Source of the DNA: Alphaproteobacteria bacterium
Lineage (GTDB): Bacteria; Pseudomonadota; Alphaproteobacteria; Bin95
Direction: 5' to 3'
Length of the DNA: 64,000 bases
NCBI GenBank assembly: GCA_964291285.2
Contig: OZ219787.1
Span: forward strand, 704,001 to 768,000
The position numbers and the translations under genes were made by a program. Positions 1-10,733 of this stretch are shown here, in pieces; position 1 is the first letter of the stretch; every line of letters begins with the position of its first letter. The notes below the pieces were generated by a model. It was not told the origin of the DNA and did no database searches. It saw only the letters and a program-made list of their open reading frames with translations.

Positions 1-532
1 CGCGCTCTATGCCGGCGAGGGAGGCACGATCTCGCTCGAGGACGCGATGGTCTGCATCGGCGATTCCGCCGTGCTTTCGCTGGACGATATCGCCTTTGCC
101 GTGGGCGCGGGCGACGTCCCCGCGCTCTCGACCGCGCTTGACCGGGCGGCCGCCGAGGCCGCGGCTCCGGTTTCGGTCCTGCGCGCCGTGGGGCGCCACT
201 TCCAGCGGCTGGATTCAGCGCAGGCGGTCATCGCCGCCGGAACGGATGAGCGAAGCGCCGTGACACGGTTGCGGCCTCCGGTCTTCTTCCGGCGCCGGGA
301 GGCCTTCGGCAGCCAGCTCCGCCGCTGGCCGCAGGCCCGCATCCTCGCGGCGCTTGCCCGGCTCAACCGGGCTGAAATCGACTGCAAGACGACCGGCCTG
401 CCGGACCGGGCGATCGCCGAGCGCACCCTGTTCGAGCTGGCCCGCGCGGCCGCTCAGGCGGCGCCGGCAATGGCGAGGAAATCGGCGGCGGAGAGGCTCG
501 CGCCGCCTACCAGCGCGCCGTCCACATCGTAA
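1..532 (+). CDS. holA: DNA polymerase III delta subunit, 3' part (5'-truncated by window)
   Basis: Open frame from the window edge ([21 protein letters not shown]...[10 protein letters not shown]...[11 protein letters not shown]) resembles the alphaproteobacterial HolA C-terminus; overlaps convergent tpiA by about 79 bp. Confidence 0.85.
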   Translation, partial: ALYAGEGGTISLEDAMVCIGDSAVLSLDDIAFAVGAGDVPALSTALDRAAAEAAAPVSVLRAVGRHFQRLDSAQAVIAAGTDERSAVTRLRPPVFFRRREAFGSQLRRWPQARILAALARLNRAEIDCKTTGLPDRAIAERTLFELARAAAQAAPAMARKSAAERLAPPTSAPSTS

Positions 533-1188
533 GGCGCCAGCAAGGCCGCCGCGTTGTCGGGCTTGACCGAGCCTCCGTAGAGGATGCGGGTCCCTGCGCC
601 GCGCTCGCCGAGCGCAGCGCGCAATGCGGCATGGACGGCGGCGACTTCATCCACGGTCGGCGTGCGCCCGGTGCCGATGGCCCAGACCGGCTCGTAGGCG
701 ACCACCGTGTTCTCCGGCCGGGCGCCGTCCGGCAGCGAGCCCAGAAGGCTTGCGGCCACGACTGCCTCCGCCCGGCCCGCATCCCGCTCCTCGGCGGTCT
801 CGCCGACGCAGACAATGGCGATGAGGCCCGCCCGGTGCGCCGCCGCCGTCTTCGCGCGCACGACGGCATCGGATTCACCGTGGTCGGCGCGACGCTCGGA
901 ATGGCCGGCAATGACATGAGAGCAGCCGGCATCGGCCAGCATCCCGGCCGATATGTCGCCGGTATGCGCGCCGGCCTCCTCCGCATGGCAGTCCTGCCCG
1001 CCGAGCGCAACCCGGCTGCCCGACAGCGCGGACGCCACCGGCGCCAGCAGTGTCGCCGGCGGGCAGACAAGCAGTTCCGCTGTTCCTCCCGGCGCCGCGG
1101 CCAGCGACCGCGCGAGCGCGAGGCCGTCGGCGGCGAGGCCGTTCATCTTCCAGTTGCCGGCAATCAGCGGGCGGCGGGCGGCGGTCAT
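454..1188 (-). CDS. tpiA: Triosephosphate isomerase
   Basis: [32 protein letters not shown] and LVGGASL motifs; ATG at 1188 overlaps the upstream stop. Confidence 0.97.
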   Translation of the reverse strand: MTAARRPLIAGNWKMNGLAADGLALARSLAAAPGGTAELLVCPPATLLAPVASALSGSRVALGGQDCHAEEAGAHTGDISAGMLADAGCSHVIAGHSERRADHGESDAVVRAKTAAAHRAGLIAIVCVGETAEERDAGRAEAVVAASLLGSLPDGARPENTVVAYEPVWAIGTGRTPTVDEVAAVHAALRAALGERGAGTRILYGGSVKPDNAAALLAPYDVDGALVGGASLSAADFLAIAGAA

Positions 1189-2537
1189 CGGGTCTTCTTC
1201 TCCTGCTTTCCGGCCAGCGCGCGCACGGACGACGACATGGCGATCCGCCCCTCGCCCTTGTAGGCCTCGTGGTTCGCCTCGATCATGTCGCTTCTGTAGA
1301 GGTAGTTGATCATGACGCCGGCGGACTGGGCGCGCCCGTCCTCGGAGACATTCGCCAGCCAGTTCAGCCGTTCCATGCGCGCCCCGTTGGAGAGGTGGAA
1401 ATGCGCGACCGGGTCGGCCGCCCGGCCCCTGCGCCTGGCGTGGACGAGATAGCGCGCAACCGCCCGCAGAACCGGCCCCTTCGCCGCTTCGGCAGCCTCC
1501 GGTTCCTCCCACCATCCCGGCTTCGCCAGCGCGGCCTCTACCACACGGTCGGGATTGTCCTTCAGCCAGCGCCCGAAGCCCGGTATCGGCGAGAGCGTGG
1601 CGAAGGTCTTCAGGTTGGGCAGTTCCGCGCGCAGATCGTCCACCACGCGCTTGATGAGGAAATCGCCGAAGGCGATGCCGGCAAGGCCGCGCTGGGCGTT
1701 GGAGATCGAATAGAAGACCGCCGTGTCCGCCCGCGACGCATCGCCGACCGGGCTCTCCTCGTCGAGCAGCGCGTGGACATTGTCCGCGAGCCCCGTCTCC
1801 AGCGCGACCTCGACGAAGATCAGCGGTTCGTCCGGCATGCTCGGATGGAAGAAGGCGTAGCAGCGCCGGTCCGAGTCGAGCCGGTTCTTGAGGTCCTGCC
1901 AACTCCGTATGGCATGCACCGCCTCGTAGTCGATAAGCTTCTCCAGGAGCGAGGCCGGGGCGTTCCAGTCGATCCGCCTGAGCTCCAGGAAGCCCGCATC
2001 GAACCAGCTCGCGAGCAGGTGCTTCAGGTCCTTCTCGAGGCCCGAGAGCGCCGCATCCTCGCGCGCGAAACGCATCAGGTCGTAGCGCAGGTCCACCAGG
2101 AACTTCACGCCGTCGGCCAGCGCATTGAACTGCCGCAGCAGGCGTTCGCGCGGCGCATTCAGCGCATCCCGGAGCGCCTCTTCCACAGCCGCCCGGCCGT
2201 CCGGCGGCGCCGCTTCCAACGCCGCTACCGCCTGCCCGACCGCCACCGGGTCCCGGTCGAACTCGGTCGCCAGAATGGTGAGGTAGCGCCGGCGGCCGGT
2301 CTCCGACAGTTGCAGGTAAGCCCTGCCGAGCTCGGCGGCGCGGCCGCGCGCCGAGACCTCCCCGCCCCGCCCCTCCAGGCAGGCCCAGAAGCGCTCGCGT
2401 ATGCGCTCCGCATCGCCCTTCGTCAGGTCCGGGTCGGGGTCGAGGCCGTCGCTGCCGATGAGTCCGCGCACGGCTTCCTTCAGCCCCGCGAGCGTGCGGT
2501 CGAACAGCCGGGAGACTTCTGCTTCGGACTGGCTCAT
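1185..2537 (-). CDS. Malonyl-CoA decarboxylase
   Basis: [47 protein letters not shown] and [12 protein letters not shown] motifs. Confidence 0.93.
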   Translation of the reverse strand: MSQSEAEVSRLFDRTLAGLKEAVRGLIGSDGLDPDPDLTKGDAERIRERFWACLEGRGGEVSARGRAAELGRAYLQLSETGRRRYLTILATEFDRDPVAVGQAVAALEAAPPDGRAAVEEALRDALNAPRERLLRQFNALADGVKFLVDLRYDLMRFAREDAALSGLEKDLKHLLASWFDAGFLELRRIDWNAPASLLEKLIDYEAVHAIRSWQDLKNRLDSDRRCYAFFHPSMPDEPLIFVEVALETGLADNVHALLDEESPVGDASRADTAVFYSISNAQRGLAGIAFGDFLIKRVVDDLRAELPNLKTFATLSPIPGFGRWLKDNPDRVVEAALAKPGWWEEPEAAEAAKGPVLRAVARYLVHARRRGRAADPVAHFHLSNGARMERLNWLANVSEDGRAQSAGVMINYLYRSDMIEANHEAYKGEGRIAMSSSVRALAGKQEKKTR

Positions 2538-4006
2538 GTCGCGTGCATCCTGCGGAGAACGGCCGGCAACATGTCCGGCAGGTCTTCGGCAATCAAGCCC
2601 GGCCCGAAGGCTGTCGCTGCCTCTCCATGCAGCCACGTTGCCGCAGCCGCCGCCTCGAAGGCGAGCATGCCCTGCGCCATCAGTCCAAGCGCCATGCCGG
2701 CCAACACATCGCCGCTGCCGGCGGTCGCCAGCCAGGGCGGCGCATTTGCCGAAATGGCGGCGCGTCCGTCGGGCGCGGCGACCACGCTGTCGGCGCCCTT
2801 GAGCAACACGGTCCATCCGCTGGCCGCCGCCGCCGCGCGCGCCCTGGCGAGCCGGTTGCCGCCGAACGCAAAGAGGCGCGCGAACTCGCCGTCATGGGGC
2901 GTCAGCAGCCCGGCGCCGCCCCGGCCTTCGGGCAGCCGCCCCGCCATGGCGGTCAGGGCGTCGGCGTCGAGCACGACCCCTCCGGCGCGCGCGCAGGCCG
3001 CTTCCACGGCGGCGGCGGTTTCCGCGCCGAGGCCGGCGCCGGGCCCGACCAGCACGGCGTTCCTGCGCGCATCCTCCAGCAGGCGCCGGAAGTCCTCCGG
3101 CCCGCTCCGCCCCACGACCAGCGCCCCCGGCAGCGAGGCGGCATAGACCGGCCAGGCTTCGCCCGGCGCGGAAACGGTGACGACGCCCGCGCCCGCGCGC
3201 ATCGCGCCCCGCGCCGCCAGCCGGGCCGCTCCGGTCGTTTCCGCCCCGCCCCAGACGACCGCATGGCCGCGCGTATATTTGTGGCTCTCCGGCCCCGGAA
3301 ACGGCAGCGTCCACAAATCCGGCCCGTTCCCGAATGCAGCGGGGCCGATCTCGTCCAGCACCGCCTCCGGAATGCCGATATCGGCCACCTCGACCTCGCC
3401 GCAATGCAGCCGCCCCGGCAGCAGCAGATGGCCCGGCTTCCTGCGGAAGAAGGTGACCGTGAGCGCCGCGCGGGGCGCGTGGCCCAGCACCGCGCCCGTG
3501 TCTCCCGCAATGCCGCTCGGCAGGTCCACGGCGACCAGCGGCAGGCCCTCCGCCGCTTCCAGAACCTCCCTTGCGGCGCCCGAGACCGGCCGTTTCAGCC
3601 CGGCCCCGAACAGGGCGTCGATGACGAGCCGGGCGTCGGCCAACGCCTCGGACCCGAGCGGTTCGACCGGCCCCGGCCAGCTTCGCGCCGCCTCGGCCGC
3701 ATCGCCCGCGAGCGCCTCGCGGCTGCCCGACAGCGCCACCCGCACCGGCCAGCCGGCGGCTCTCAGACATTCCGCCGCGATGAAGCCGTCGCCGCCATTG
3801 TTGCCGGGTCCCGCCAGCACCAGGACCGGCCGCGGGCTCCAGCGCCGGCGCACCGCACCCGCGATGGCGGCGCCGGCATCGCGCATCAGCTCGAAGCCCG
3901 GATGCCCGCGGTCCGCCGCCAGCCGGTCGGCCCGGCCCATCTCCTCGACCGTCAGCAGGGCCGAGCGGCCGCGCATTGCGGGAGCGGTCGGTTCGTTCAG
4001 TCCCAT
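2534..4006 (-). CDS. nnr: Bifunctional NAD(P)H-hydrate epimerase/dehydratase (YjeF)
   Basis: [37 protein letters not shown] and [11 protein letters not shown] motifs; start approximate. Confidence 0.93.
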   Translation of the reverse strand: MGLNEPTAPAMRGRSALLTVEEMGRADRLAADRGHPGFELMRDAGAAIAGAVRRRWSPRPVLVLAGPGNNGGDGFIAAECLRAAGWPVRVALSGSREALAGDAAEAARSWPGPVEPLGSEALADARLVIDALFGAGLKRPVSGAAREVLEAAEGLPLVAVDLPSGIAGDTGAVLGHAPRAALTVTFFRRKPGHLLLPGRLHCGEVEVADIGIPEAVLDEIGPAAFGNGPDLWTLPFPGPESHKYTRGHAVVWGGAETTGAARLAARGAMRAGAGVVTVSAPGEAWPVYAASLPGALVVGRSGPEDFRRLLEDARRNAVLVGPGAGLGAETAAAVEAACARAGGVVLDADALTAMAGRLPEGRGGAGLLTPHDGEFARLFAFGGNRLARARAAAAASGWTVLLKGADSVVAAPDGRAAISANAPPWLATAGSGDVLAGMALGLMAQGMLAFEAAAAATWLHGEAATAFGPGLIAEDLPDMLPAVLRRMHAT

Positions 4007-4686
4007 TCCATGACGCGCCTGCCGTAGAGCGTCTTCACGACCGGCACCGGGCGGCTCATGTCGTGCAGCCTGTCCCCGGCGAGGCGGGACTCGATTTCCT
4101 TCAGCACGAGCGCCGTGATTGGTCGGAGCTTTAGGCGCTGCGCGTCGGCAAGCCGGACCCAGTGCAGCTTCAGCAACTCGCCCGAACCTTCGCTCAGGTC
4201 GCCGCGCACATGCTCGGCGTCGATCACGAAGAACCTTGCGTTGAAACGACGCGGACGGCCAGGCGGCGTCACCGCCCGGTGGATGTAGGTGAGCCTGTCC
4301 AGCGCCGGGGCGTAGCCGCTGTCGTAGAAATGCCGCCAGTCGTCCGAAAGCCCGTCGGGCCGCAAGCCGTTGACGGGCTCGCCGACGATCAGCCCCGCTT
4401 CCTCGAAGGTCTCGCGCACCGCCGCCAGCGCCAGCGCCCTCGCCCGCCGTGCGGTCGCGGACGAGCGCAGCCTCCGTTCGACCTCGGGGCGCAACTCGCG
4501 GGCCGCAGGCGCATGGCCGTCCTGGCGGTCCACCCTGCCGCCGGGAAAGACATAGTGCTCCGGGTAGAAGACGTGGCCCTGCGAGCGCTCGCCCATCACC
4601 ACCTCGCCGGTCTCCCGGCGGAGGATGACGAGGGTGGCCGCGTCGCGGATCGGCGTCCTGGGCCGCCGGTCGCCGTTCATCTGCAT
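3997..4686 (-). CDS. NUDIX hydrolase
   Basis: RDAATLV...VFPGGRVD...AAVRETFEEAG split Nudix box, PRRFNARFF. Confidence 0.88.
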   Translation of the reverse strand: MQMNGDRRPRTPIRDAATLVILRRETGEVVMGERSQGHVFYPEHYVFPGGRVDRQDGHAPAARELRPEVERRLRSSATARRARALALAAVRETFEEAGLIVGEPVNGLRPDGLSDDWRHFYDSGYAPALDRLTYIHRAVTPPGRPRRFNARFFVIDAEHVRGDLSEGSGELLKLHWVRLADAQRLKLRPITALVLKEIESRLAGDRLHDMSRPVPVVKTLYGRRVMEWD

Positions 4687-4710
4687 CCGCGCTCCGTCCC
4701 GAACGGGCGG

Positions 4711-4788
4711 TGGGGTGCCCAACCGGATTTGAACCGGTGACCTCCTGGACCACAACCAGGCGCTCTAACCGACTGAGCTATGGGCACC
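4711..4788 (-). tRNA. tRNA-His (GTG)
   Basis: Cloverleaf with acceptor GTGCCCA/TGGGCAC, anticodon loop TTGTGGT, T-arm GTTCAAATC, encoded CCA and a G-1:C73 pair. Confidence 0.96.
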
Positions 4789-4816
4789 ACGCGGAAAGCC
4801 TCGCAAGGAAGGACGC

Positions 4817-4846
4817 CATCTAGGCCGCCCACCCCCCGAAGGTCAA
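4817..4846 (-). promoter_or_regulatory. Putative sigma70 promoter of the tRNA-His run
   Basis: TTGACC-N18-TAGATG about 30 nt upstream of the tRNA. Confidence 0.5.
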
Positions 4847-4889
4847 GACCGGGGCCGCCGCGACCGGCGCAAGGCTTACCTTTCGCGGA

Positions 4890-4947
4890 TGTCATGAAAT
4901 GTCATGTTTTGTCATGAGGCCCGCCGGAAATGTCATGTTTTGTCATG
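4890..4947. repeat. Direct repeat AAATGTCATGTTTTGTCATG x2 (five TGTCATG units)
   Basis: Copies at 4897-4916 and 4928-4947; TGTCATG recurs with 10-bp spacing within each cluster. Confidence 0.8.
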
Positions 4948-5085
4948 GTCTGCTTCACCCTCTCGCCACCCCGGCTCCCGAGCCATTGCTGTCCGGTTTG
5001 GATTTGGCGAGCAGGACACATGGCCCGGGTTCGACCGGGTTTCGAAGGGTCCGGTGGGATCGAGGCTCGGATCGGCCGCCAGCGC

Positions 5086-5165
5086 CCCTCATCCTGAGTA
5101 GCGCCGGCCTTCGCCCCGCGAAGGCCGGCGCGTATCGAAAGCCCGTCCTGAGCCTGTCGAAGGGG
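5086..5165. repeat. REP/RPE-like palindromic element
   Basis: CTCATCCTGAG...perfect 14-bp stem 5101-5114/5118-5131...CGTCCTGAGCCTGTCGAAGG, resembling interspersed palindromic repeats of alphaproteobacteria. Confidence 0.6.
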
Positions 5166-5895
5166 ACCTCCGCCCCCACCGCAGCCGTTCGGAGCAAGAC
5201 CGGACCGCCCGTGCCGGCCGGGAGTGTCAGGGATGGGCCCCGGATCGGGGTCCGGGGCGACGGTTGAAGGCCGGGATGGGAGGCCATCCTGTCCGCCCGG
5301 CGGTTGCCCCGGCCGCCGGCCCTCTCCCGGCCTCTCCCGCGAGCGGGGAGGCGGTTTCCCGTGTCCATCCGTATCCTGCATACCGTTCCTCCATCGCGTT
5401 TTGTTCCACTCCGTTCCGTTCGCCCCGCCGCCGCGCGGAACGCGGCGAACATTGCAGATGGCGGCGTTGGCGCCGCCGCCGGCCCGCCCGGCGCGGCGGG
5501 ACCCTGTTTCGCGCGTATCGCGTGCGGGCGCGGGCGGGTGTCGGCGCCGGCGCGGTTCGCGCGCCTGATTGCGCGCGCGAGCCGCAGGGCGCACTTCGCC
5601 TGTGCGTCGAATCAGGGTCGCTCCGCGCCGGGCCGGCGTGAAGGGAAACGGTCCGCGCGGACTTCGCCTCCCTCGGACCCATCATAACACAATTTTCTGT
5701 AGGTCAAGTATCATTTCAAGAATTATTTCTAAAATCGTGAACAAACTGATCCAACAGGCAGGCCGTGACACCCTGCCTCCCGGTTCCGCGCCGGTCCGAA
5801 CGGGAGACAGCCCGAATCCGCCGCCGGGGCATTGCGGCGGATTCCGGTTTCGGACATAGTCCGGCGCCTTCCGCCAACAGGGGATACCGGCCGCC

Positions 5896-7059
5896 ATGCT
5901 CCGCCTTGCCGACAACCTGGACCGACTGGGAACCGAGACCGCCTTCGAGGTGCTCGCCCGGGCGGCGAAGCTGCAGGCGGAAGGCCGCGACATCGTCAAT
6001 CTCGGCATCGGGCAGCCGGACTTCAAGACGCCGCCCCATATCGTCGAAGCGGCGGCGCAGGCTTTGCGCGACGGGCATCACGGCTACACCCCGGCCAACG
6101 GCATCCCGGCGCTTCGCGAGGCGGTGGCGGCGGACATAGCGAGGTTCCGGGGCGTCGAGGTCGATCCCGACCTGGTGATGATCCTGCCGGGCGGCAAGCC
6201 GACCATGTTCTTCGCGATCATGATGTTCGGGGAGCCCGGCGCCGAGATCGTCTATCCGAACCCCGGCTTCCCGATCTACGAGTCGATGATCGACTATACC
6301 GGCGCCACGCCCGTCGCCATGGCGCTGCACGAGGAAAACGGCTTCGCCTTCTCCGCCGACGAGGTACTGGCGCAGATCGGCCCCGCGACCCGCCTGCTGA
6401 TCCTGAACAGCCCCGCCAACCCGACCGGCGGCGTCGTGCCGAAGGCGGAGATGGACAGGCTGGCGGCCGGGCTGGAGGACCATCCGCATGTCGCGATCCT
6501 CTCCGACGAGATCTACAGCCGGCTGCTCTACGAGGACAACGAGCATGTCTCGCTGCTCGGCTATGAGAGCCTGCGCGAGCGCACCATCCTGCTGGACGGC
6601 TGGAGCAAGACCTATGCGATGACCGGCTGGCGGCTCGGCTACAGCGTCTGGCCGAAGGCGCTCTTCCCGCTGGTGGAGCGGCTGGCCGTCAACTGCCATT
6701 CCTGCGTCAACGCGGCCACGCAACATGCCGGCATCGCCGCGCTGAACGGGCCGCAGGACGCCGTGGAAACCATGCGCCGGGCGTTCGATGCGCGCCGGCG
6801 CATCATCGTGCGCGCGCTCAACCAGCTTCCGGGCTTCCGCTGCGTCGATCCGGGGGGCGCGTTCTACACCTTCCCCAATATCGAGGGCACCGGCATGAGC
6901 GCACGCGAGCTGCAGAGCCGGATGCTGGAGGATGCCGGCGTCGCGACCGTGGCCGGCACCAGCTTCGGCGGGCATGGCGAGGGCTTCATCCGTTTTTCCT
7001 ACGCGGCGAGCGAGGAAGACATCGAGCGCGCGGTCGAACGCATCCGCACCGTGCTCTGA
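5896..7059 (+). CDS. PLP-dependent aminotransferase, class I/II
   Basis: NLGIGQPDF, NSPANPTG, SDEIY and SKTYAMTGWRLG (PLP lysine) motifs. Confidence 0.95.
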   Translation: MLRLADNLDRLGTETAFEVLARAAKLQAEGRDIVNLGIGQPDFKTPPHIVEAAAQALRDGHHGYTPANGIPALREAVAADIARFRGVEVDPDLVMILPGGKPTMFFAIMMFGEPGAEIVYPNPGFPIYESMIDYTGATPVAMALHEENGFAFSADEVLAQIGPATRLLILNSPANPTGGVVPKAEMDRLAAGLEDHPHVAILSDEIYSRLLYEDNEHVSLLGYESLRERTILLDGWSKTYAMTGWRLGYSVWPKALFPLVERLAVNCHSCVNAATQHAGIAALNGPQDAVETMRRAFDARRRIIVRALNQLPGFRCVDPGGAFYTFPNIEGTGMSARELQSRMLEDAGVATVAGTSFGGHGEGFIRFSYAASEEDIERAVERIRTVL

Positions 7060-7102
7060 GCGCCCGTTCGGCAGGCATTCCAAGCGCCCAATGAATAGGC
7101 AT
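7060..7102. promoter_or_regulatory. Two NtrC-like enhancer boxes upstream of glnB
   Basis: GCGCCC-N7-AGGCAT at 7060-7078 and 7084-7102 (24-bp period), similar to TGCAC-N7-GTGCA, about 80-120 bp upstream of the sigma54 site. Confidence 0.55.
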
Positions 7103-7182
7103 GTGGTGGAAACATGTGCATATCCGGTTGCCGCACGGGCGGAAAACCCTTGATTTACAAAGGATACCCATGCCTTGCAGAC

Positions 7183-7579
<397 letters not shown>

Positions 7580-7626
7580 ACACCCGGCGCGAGCGCCTTC
7601 CGGAACAGAGAGGGAGCCCCTATCTC

Positions 7627-9048
7627 ATGTCGCTCAACTGCAAGACGCCCGAGGATGTGCTCAAGGCAATCCAGGACAATGATGTCCGCCATGTGGACCT
7701 GCGCTTCACCGACCCGCGCGGCAAGTGGCAGCATACCGCCCAGTATGTGACGACCATGGACGAGGATGTCTTCGTGGACGGCATCTTCTTCGACGGCTCC
7801 TCCATCGCCGGCTGGAAGGACATCAACGAGTCCGACATGATCCTGATGCCGGACCCGACCACGGCCACCATGGACCCGTTCATGGCGGAAAATACGATGG
7901 TGCTGTTCTGCGACGTGCATGAGCCGTCCACCGGCATGTCCTATGAGCGCTGCCCGCGCTCGGTCGCCAAGAAGGCCGAGGCCTATATCCAGGAAGCGGG
8001 TATCGGCGACACGGCTTATTTCGGCCCGGAAGCCGAGTTCTTCGTGTTCGACGACGTGCGCTTCGATGTGTCGATGAACCGGACCTTCTACATGCTCGAC
8101 AGCGCGGAAGGGCCCTACAACTCGGGCACGGAGTTCGAGGAGGGCAATCCCGGCCACCGGCCGGACGTGAAGGGCGGCTACTTCCCGGTCCCGCCCGTCG
8201 ACAGCGGCGCGGACATGCGCTCCGAAATGGTCTCGACCATGGCCGAGATGGGCCTCGACATGGAGAAGCACCATCACGAGGTGGCGCCCTCCCAGCATGA
8301 GCTCGGCCTCAAGTTCGGCACCCTGGTCGGGGCCGCCGACGCGTTGCAGATCTACAAATATGTGACCCACATGGTCGCGCACAGCTACGGCAAGACGGCG
8401 ACCTTCATGCCGAAGCCGGTGATCGACGACAACGGCTCCGGCATGCATGTCCACCAGTCGGTCTGGAAGGACGGCCAGCCGCTCTTCGCCGGCCACGGCT
8501 ATGCCGACCTCTCGGAGTTCGCGCTGCACTATATCGGCGGCATCATCCGGCACGCGAAGGCCATCAACGCCTTCTCCAACCCGCTCACCAACTCCTACAA
8601 GCGGCTGATCCCGGGCTTCGAGGCGCCGGTGCTGCTCGCCTATTCGAGCCGCAACCGCTCGGCCTCCTGCCGCATCCCCTATGTGGCGAGCCCGAACGGC
8701 AAGCGCGTCGAGGTGCGCTTCCCGGATCCGGGCGCGAACCCCTATCTGGCCTTTGCGGCCATGCTGATGGCGGGCATCGACGGGGTCATCAACAAGATCC
8801 ATCCGGGCGAGCCGATGGACAAGAACCTCTACGACCTGCCGCCGGAGGAGCTGGAAGGCGTGCCGACGGTCTGCGGGTCGCTGCGCGAGGCGCTGGAAAG
8901 CCTGGACGCCGACCGCTCGTTCCTCACGCGCGGCGACGTGTTCTCCGACGACCTGATCGACGGCTATATCGACCTCAAGTGGGGTGAGGTCTACGCCCTC
9001 GAGCACACGCCGCACCCGGTCGAGTTCAAGATGTATTACAGCGTCTGA
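7627..9048 (+). CDS. glnA: Glutamine synthetase type I
   Basis: [49 protein letters not shown] and [10 protein letters not shown] motifs. Confidence 0.98.
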   Translation: MSLNCKTPEDVLKAIQDNDVRHVDLRFTDPRGKWQHTAQYVTTMDEDVFVDGIFFDGSSIAGWKDINESDMILMPDPTTATMDPFMAENTMVLFCDVHEPSTGMSYERCPRSVAKKAEAYIQEAGIGDTAYFGPEAEFFVFDDVRFDVSMNRTFYMLDSAEGPYNSGTEFEEGNPGHRPDVKGGYFPVPPVDSGADMRSEMVSTMAEMGLDMEKHHHEVAPSQHELGLKFGTLVGAADALQIYKYVTHMVAHSYGKTATFMPKPVIDDNGSGMHVHQSVWKDGQPLFAGHGYADLSEFALHYIGGIIRHAKAINAFSNPLTNSYKRLIPGFEAPVLLAYSSRNRSASCRIPYVASPNGKRVEVRFPDPGANPYLAFAAMLMAGIDGVINKIHPGEPMDKNLYDLPPEELEGVPTVCGSLREALESLDADRSFLTRGDVFSDDLIDGYIDLKWGEVYALEHTPHPVEFKMYYSV

Positions 9049-9072
9049 TCCGACCGCAGGCAGAAAACAGCG

Positions 9073-9105
9073 CGAAGCCCCGCCCCGGCGGGGCTTCGTC
9101 GTTTT
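9073..9105. terminator. Intrinsic terminator, probably bidirectional
   Basis: CGAAGCCCCGCC/GGCGGGGCTTCG stem flanked by AAAA and TTTT, between convergent genes. Confidence 0.75.
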
Positions 9106-9121
9106 CGGCACAGCCCTCCTC

Positions 9122-10651
9122 TCAGGGGTCCGGCTGTCCGGCCTCCAAGTCGCGGAGTTCGGTCTTCACGACCTTGCCGTAATTGTTCTTCGGCAGCGCC
9201 TCCACGAAGCGGTAGGCCTTGGGCCGCTTGAAGCGGGCCATGCTGTCGAGGCAGTGGCGGTCGAGCGCATCCGCGGCGGGCGCGCCGCCGGCGGCGACGA
9301 CATAGGCGATGACATTCTCGCCCCATTCCGGGTCCGGCCGGCCGATCACCGCCACCTCGCTCACGCCCGAATGGGTCAGCAGCACCTCCTCGATCTCGCG
9401 CGGATAGATGTTGGTGCCGCCCGAGATGATCATGTCCTTCGAGCGGTCCTTGAGCGTCACATAGCCTTCCTCGTCCACAATGCCGACATCGCCGGTGTGC
9501 AGCCAGCCGCCCAGCAAGGCCGCTTCCGTCGCTTCGGGGTTGTCCCAGTAGCCGTTCATCACGACCTCGCCGCGCACCTGTATCTCGCCGATCTCGCCGG
9601 GCGGCAGGGTGCGTTCGTCCCGGTCGGCGATCCGGACCTCGACATTGGAGAAGGCCCGCCCGGCCGAAGCCAGCCGCTCCTCGTAGCGGGGATGGTCCAC
9701 CTCCGCGATTTCCTCGCGGCGCAGGCTCGTGATCGTCATCGGGCATTCGCCCTGGCCGTAGATCTGGATGAGCTTCGGACCCCAGAGCTCGAAGGCCCGC
9801 TTGGCGTCGGCCACATACATCGGCCCGCCGCCATAGATGATGGAGCGCAGGTTCGCGACATCGGCGTTTCCGGCCGCCGGGTGGTCGATCAGGCGCTTCA
9901 CCATGGTCGGCGCGGCGAAGAAACTGCTGCCCCTGTAGTGGCGGATCAGCGCGAAGATCTCCTCCGGCTCGAAGCCGCCCTCCGGCACGACCTGCGGGCT
10001 CGCGCGCGCGACATGGGGAATGTTGTAGCAGCCGGAGCCGTGGCTGAGCGGCGCGGGATGCAGCGCGGCGTCGCCTTCGGCGATGTCGTCCACATCGGAG
10101 AAATAGCCGAGCGTGCAGTGCAGCAGGTTGCGGTGCGAGAGCGCGGCGCCCTTCGGCCGGCCGGTGGTGCCGCTGGTGTAGAACAGCCAGGCGTTGTCCG
10201 TCGGCGCGACGTCCGCAAGCCCGACCCGCTCGCCTTCGTAAAGCGCCCGGAACTCCGCCTCGCCGGTGACGACCATCCGTTCCACATTCTCCAGGCCCTC
10301 GCAGACGGGCGCGAGCGCGTCCGCCAGGTCCGGCGTAACGGCCGCGAAGCGGGCGCCGGAATTCTCGAAGATGTAGGCGAATTCGTTCGGGTGGAGGCGG
10401 GCATTGACCGGCACGGCGCAGAGGCCCGCATGCCAGATGCCGTAAAGCAGTTCGAGGAATTCGGGGCAGTTCTTCATCGCGATCGCCACGCGGTCGCCCG
10501 GCCGCAGGCCCGCAGCCAGCAGCGAGCCGGCGATGGCGGCGGTGCGGTCCGCCAGCGTGCGGTAGTCGGCATGGGGCGCGAAGCCCTTCGCCAGCGCGAG
10601 ATTGTCCGGCCTCGCGCGGGCGGAGCGGATTATCAGGGCGGCAAGGTTCAT
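9122..10651 (-). CDS. AMP-binding acyl-CoA synthetase
   Basis: YTSGTTGRPKG, YGQGE, HTGD and DRSKDMIISGG motifs. Confidence 0.93.
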   Translation of the reverse strand: MNLAALIIRSARARPDNLALAKGFAPHADYRTLADRTAAIAGSLLAAGLRPGDRVAIAMKNCPEFLELLYGIWHAGLCAVPVNARLHPNEFAYIFENSGARFAAVTPDLADALAPVCEGLENVERMVVTGEAEFRALYEGERVGLADVAPTDNAWLFYTSGTTGRPKGAALSHRNLLHCTLGYFSDVDDIAEGDAALHPAPLSHGSGCYNIPHVARASPQVVPEGGFEPEEIFALIRHYRGSSFFAAPTMVKRLIDHPAAGNADVANLRSIIYGGGPMYVADAKRAFELWGPKLIQIYGQGECPMTITSLRREEIAEVDHPRYEERLASAGRAFSNVEVRIADRDERTLPPGEIGEIQVRGEVVMNGYWDNPEATEAALLGGWLHTGDVGIVDEEGYVTLKDRSKDMIISGGTNIYPREIEEVLLTHSGVSEVAVIGRPDPEWGENVIAYVVAAGGAPAADALDRHCLDSMARFKRPKAYRFVEALPKNNYGKVVKTELRDLEAGQPDP

Positions 10652-10733
10652 CCGGGGCCTCCGGCAAGGGTCCGCCGCCAGTCAAGCAAGCCCCGGCCCC
10701 TCACCGCAAGCCCCGGCTGCGCGCCCGGCGTCC

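Noticed and set aside
454-4753. Long ORFs 454..2592 and 2534..4753 as fusion proteins
   Set aside because: The N-terminal extensions overlap other real genes or the tRNA; true starts are near 1188 and 4006.
4711-4788. tRNA-His as the integration site of the island
   Set aside because: No duplicate of its 3' end was seen, and both flanks are housekeeping genes.
4890-4947. CRISPR array or canonical Pho box
   Set aside because: No repeat-spacer structure or cas genes; spacing is 10 bp rather than 11 bp.
4899-5859. Multiple 65-230 aa ORFs in the gap after tRNA-His
   Set aside because: Low-complexity Arg/Pro/Gly translations of GC-rich repeats with no coding signature.
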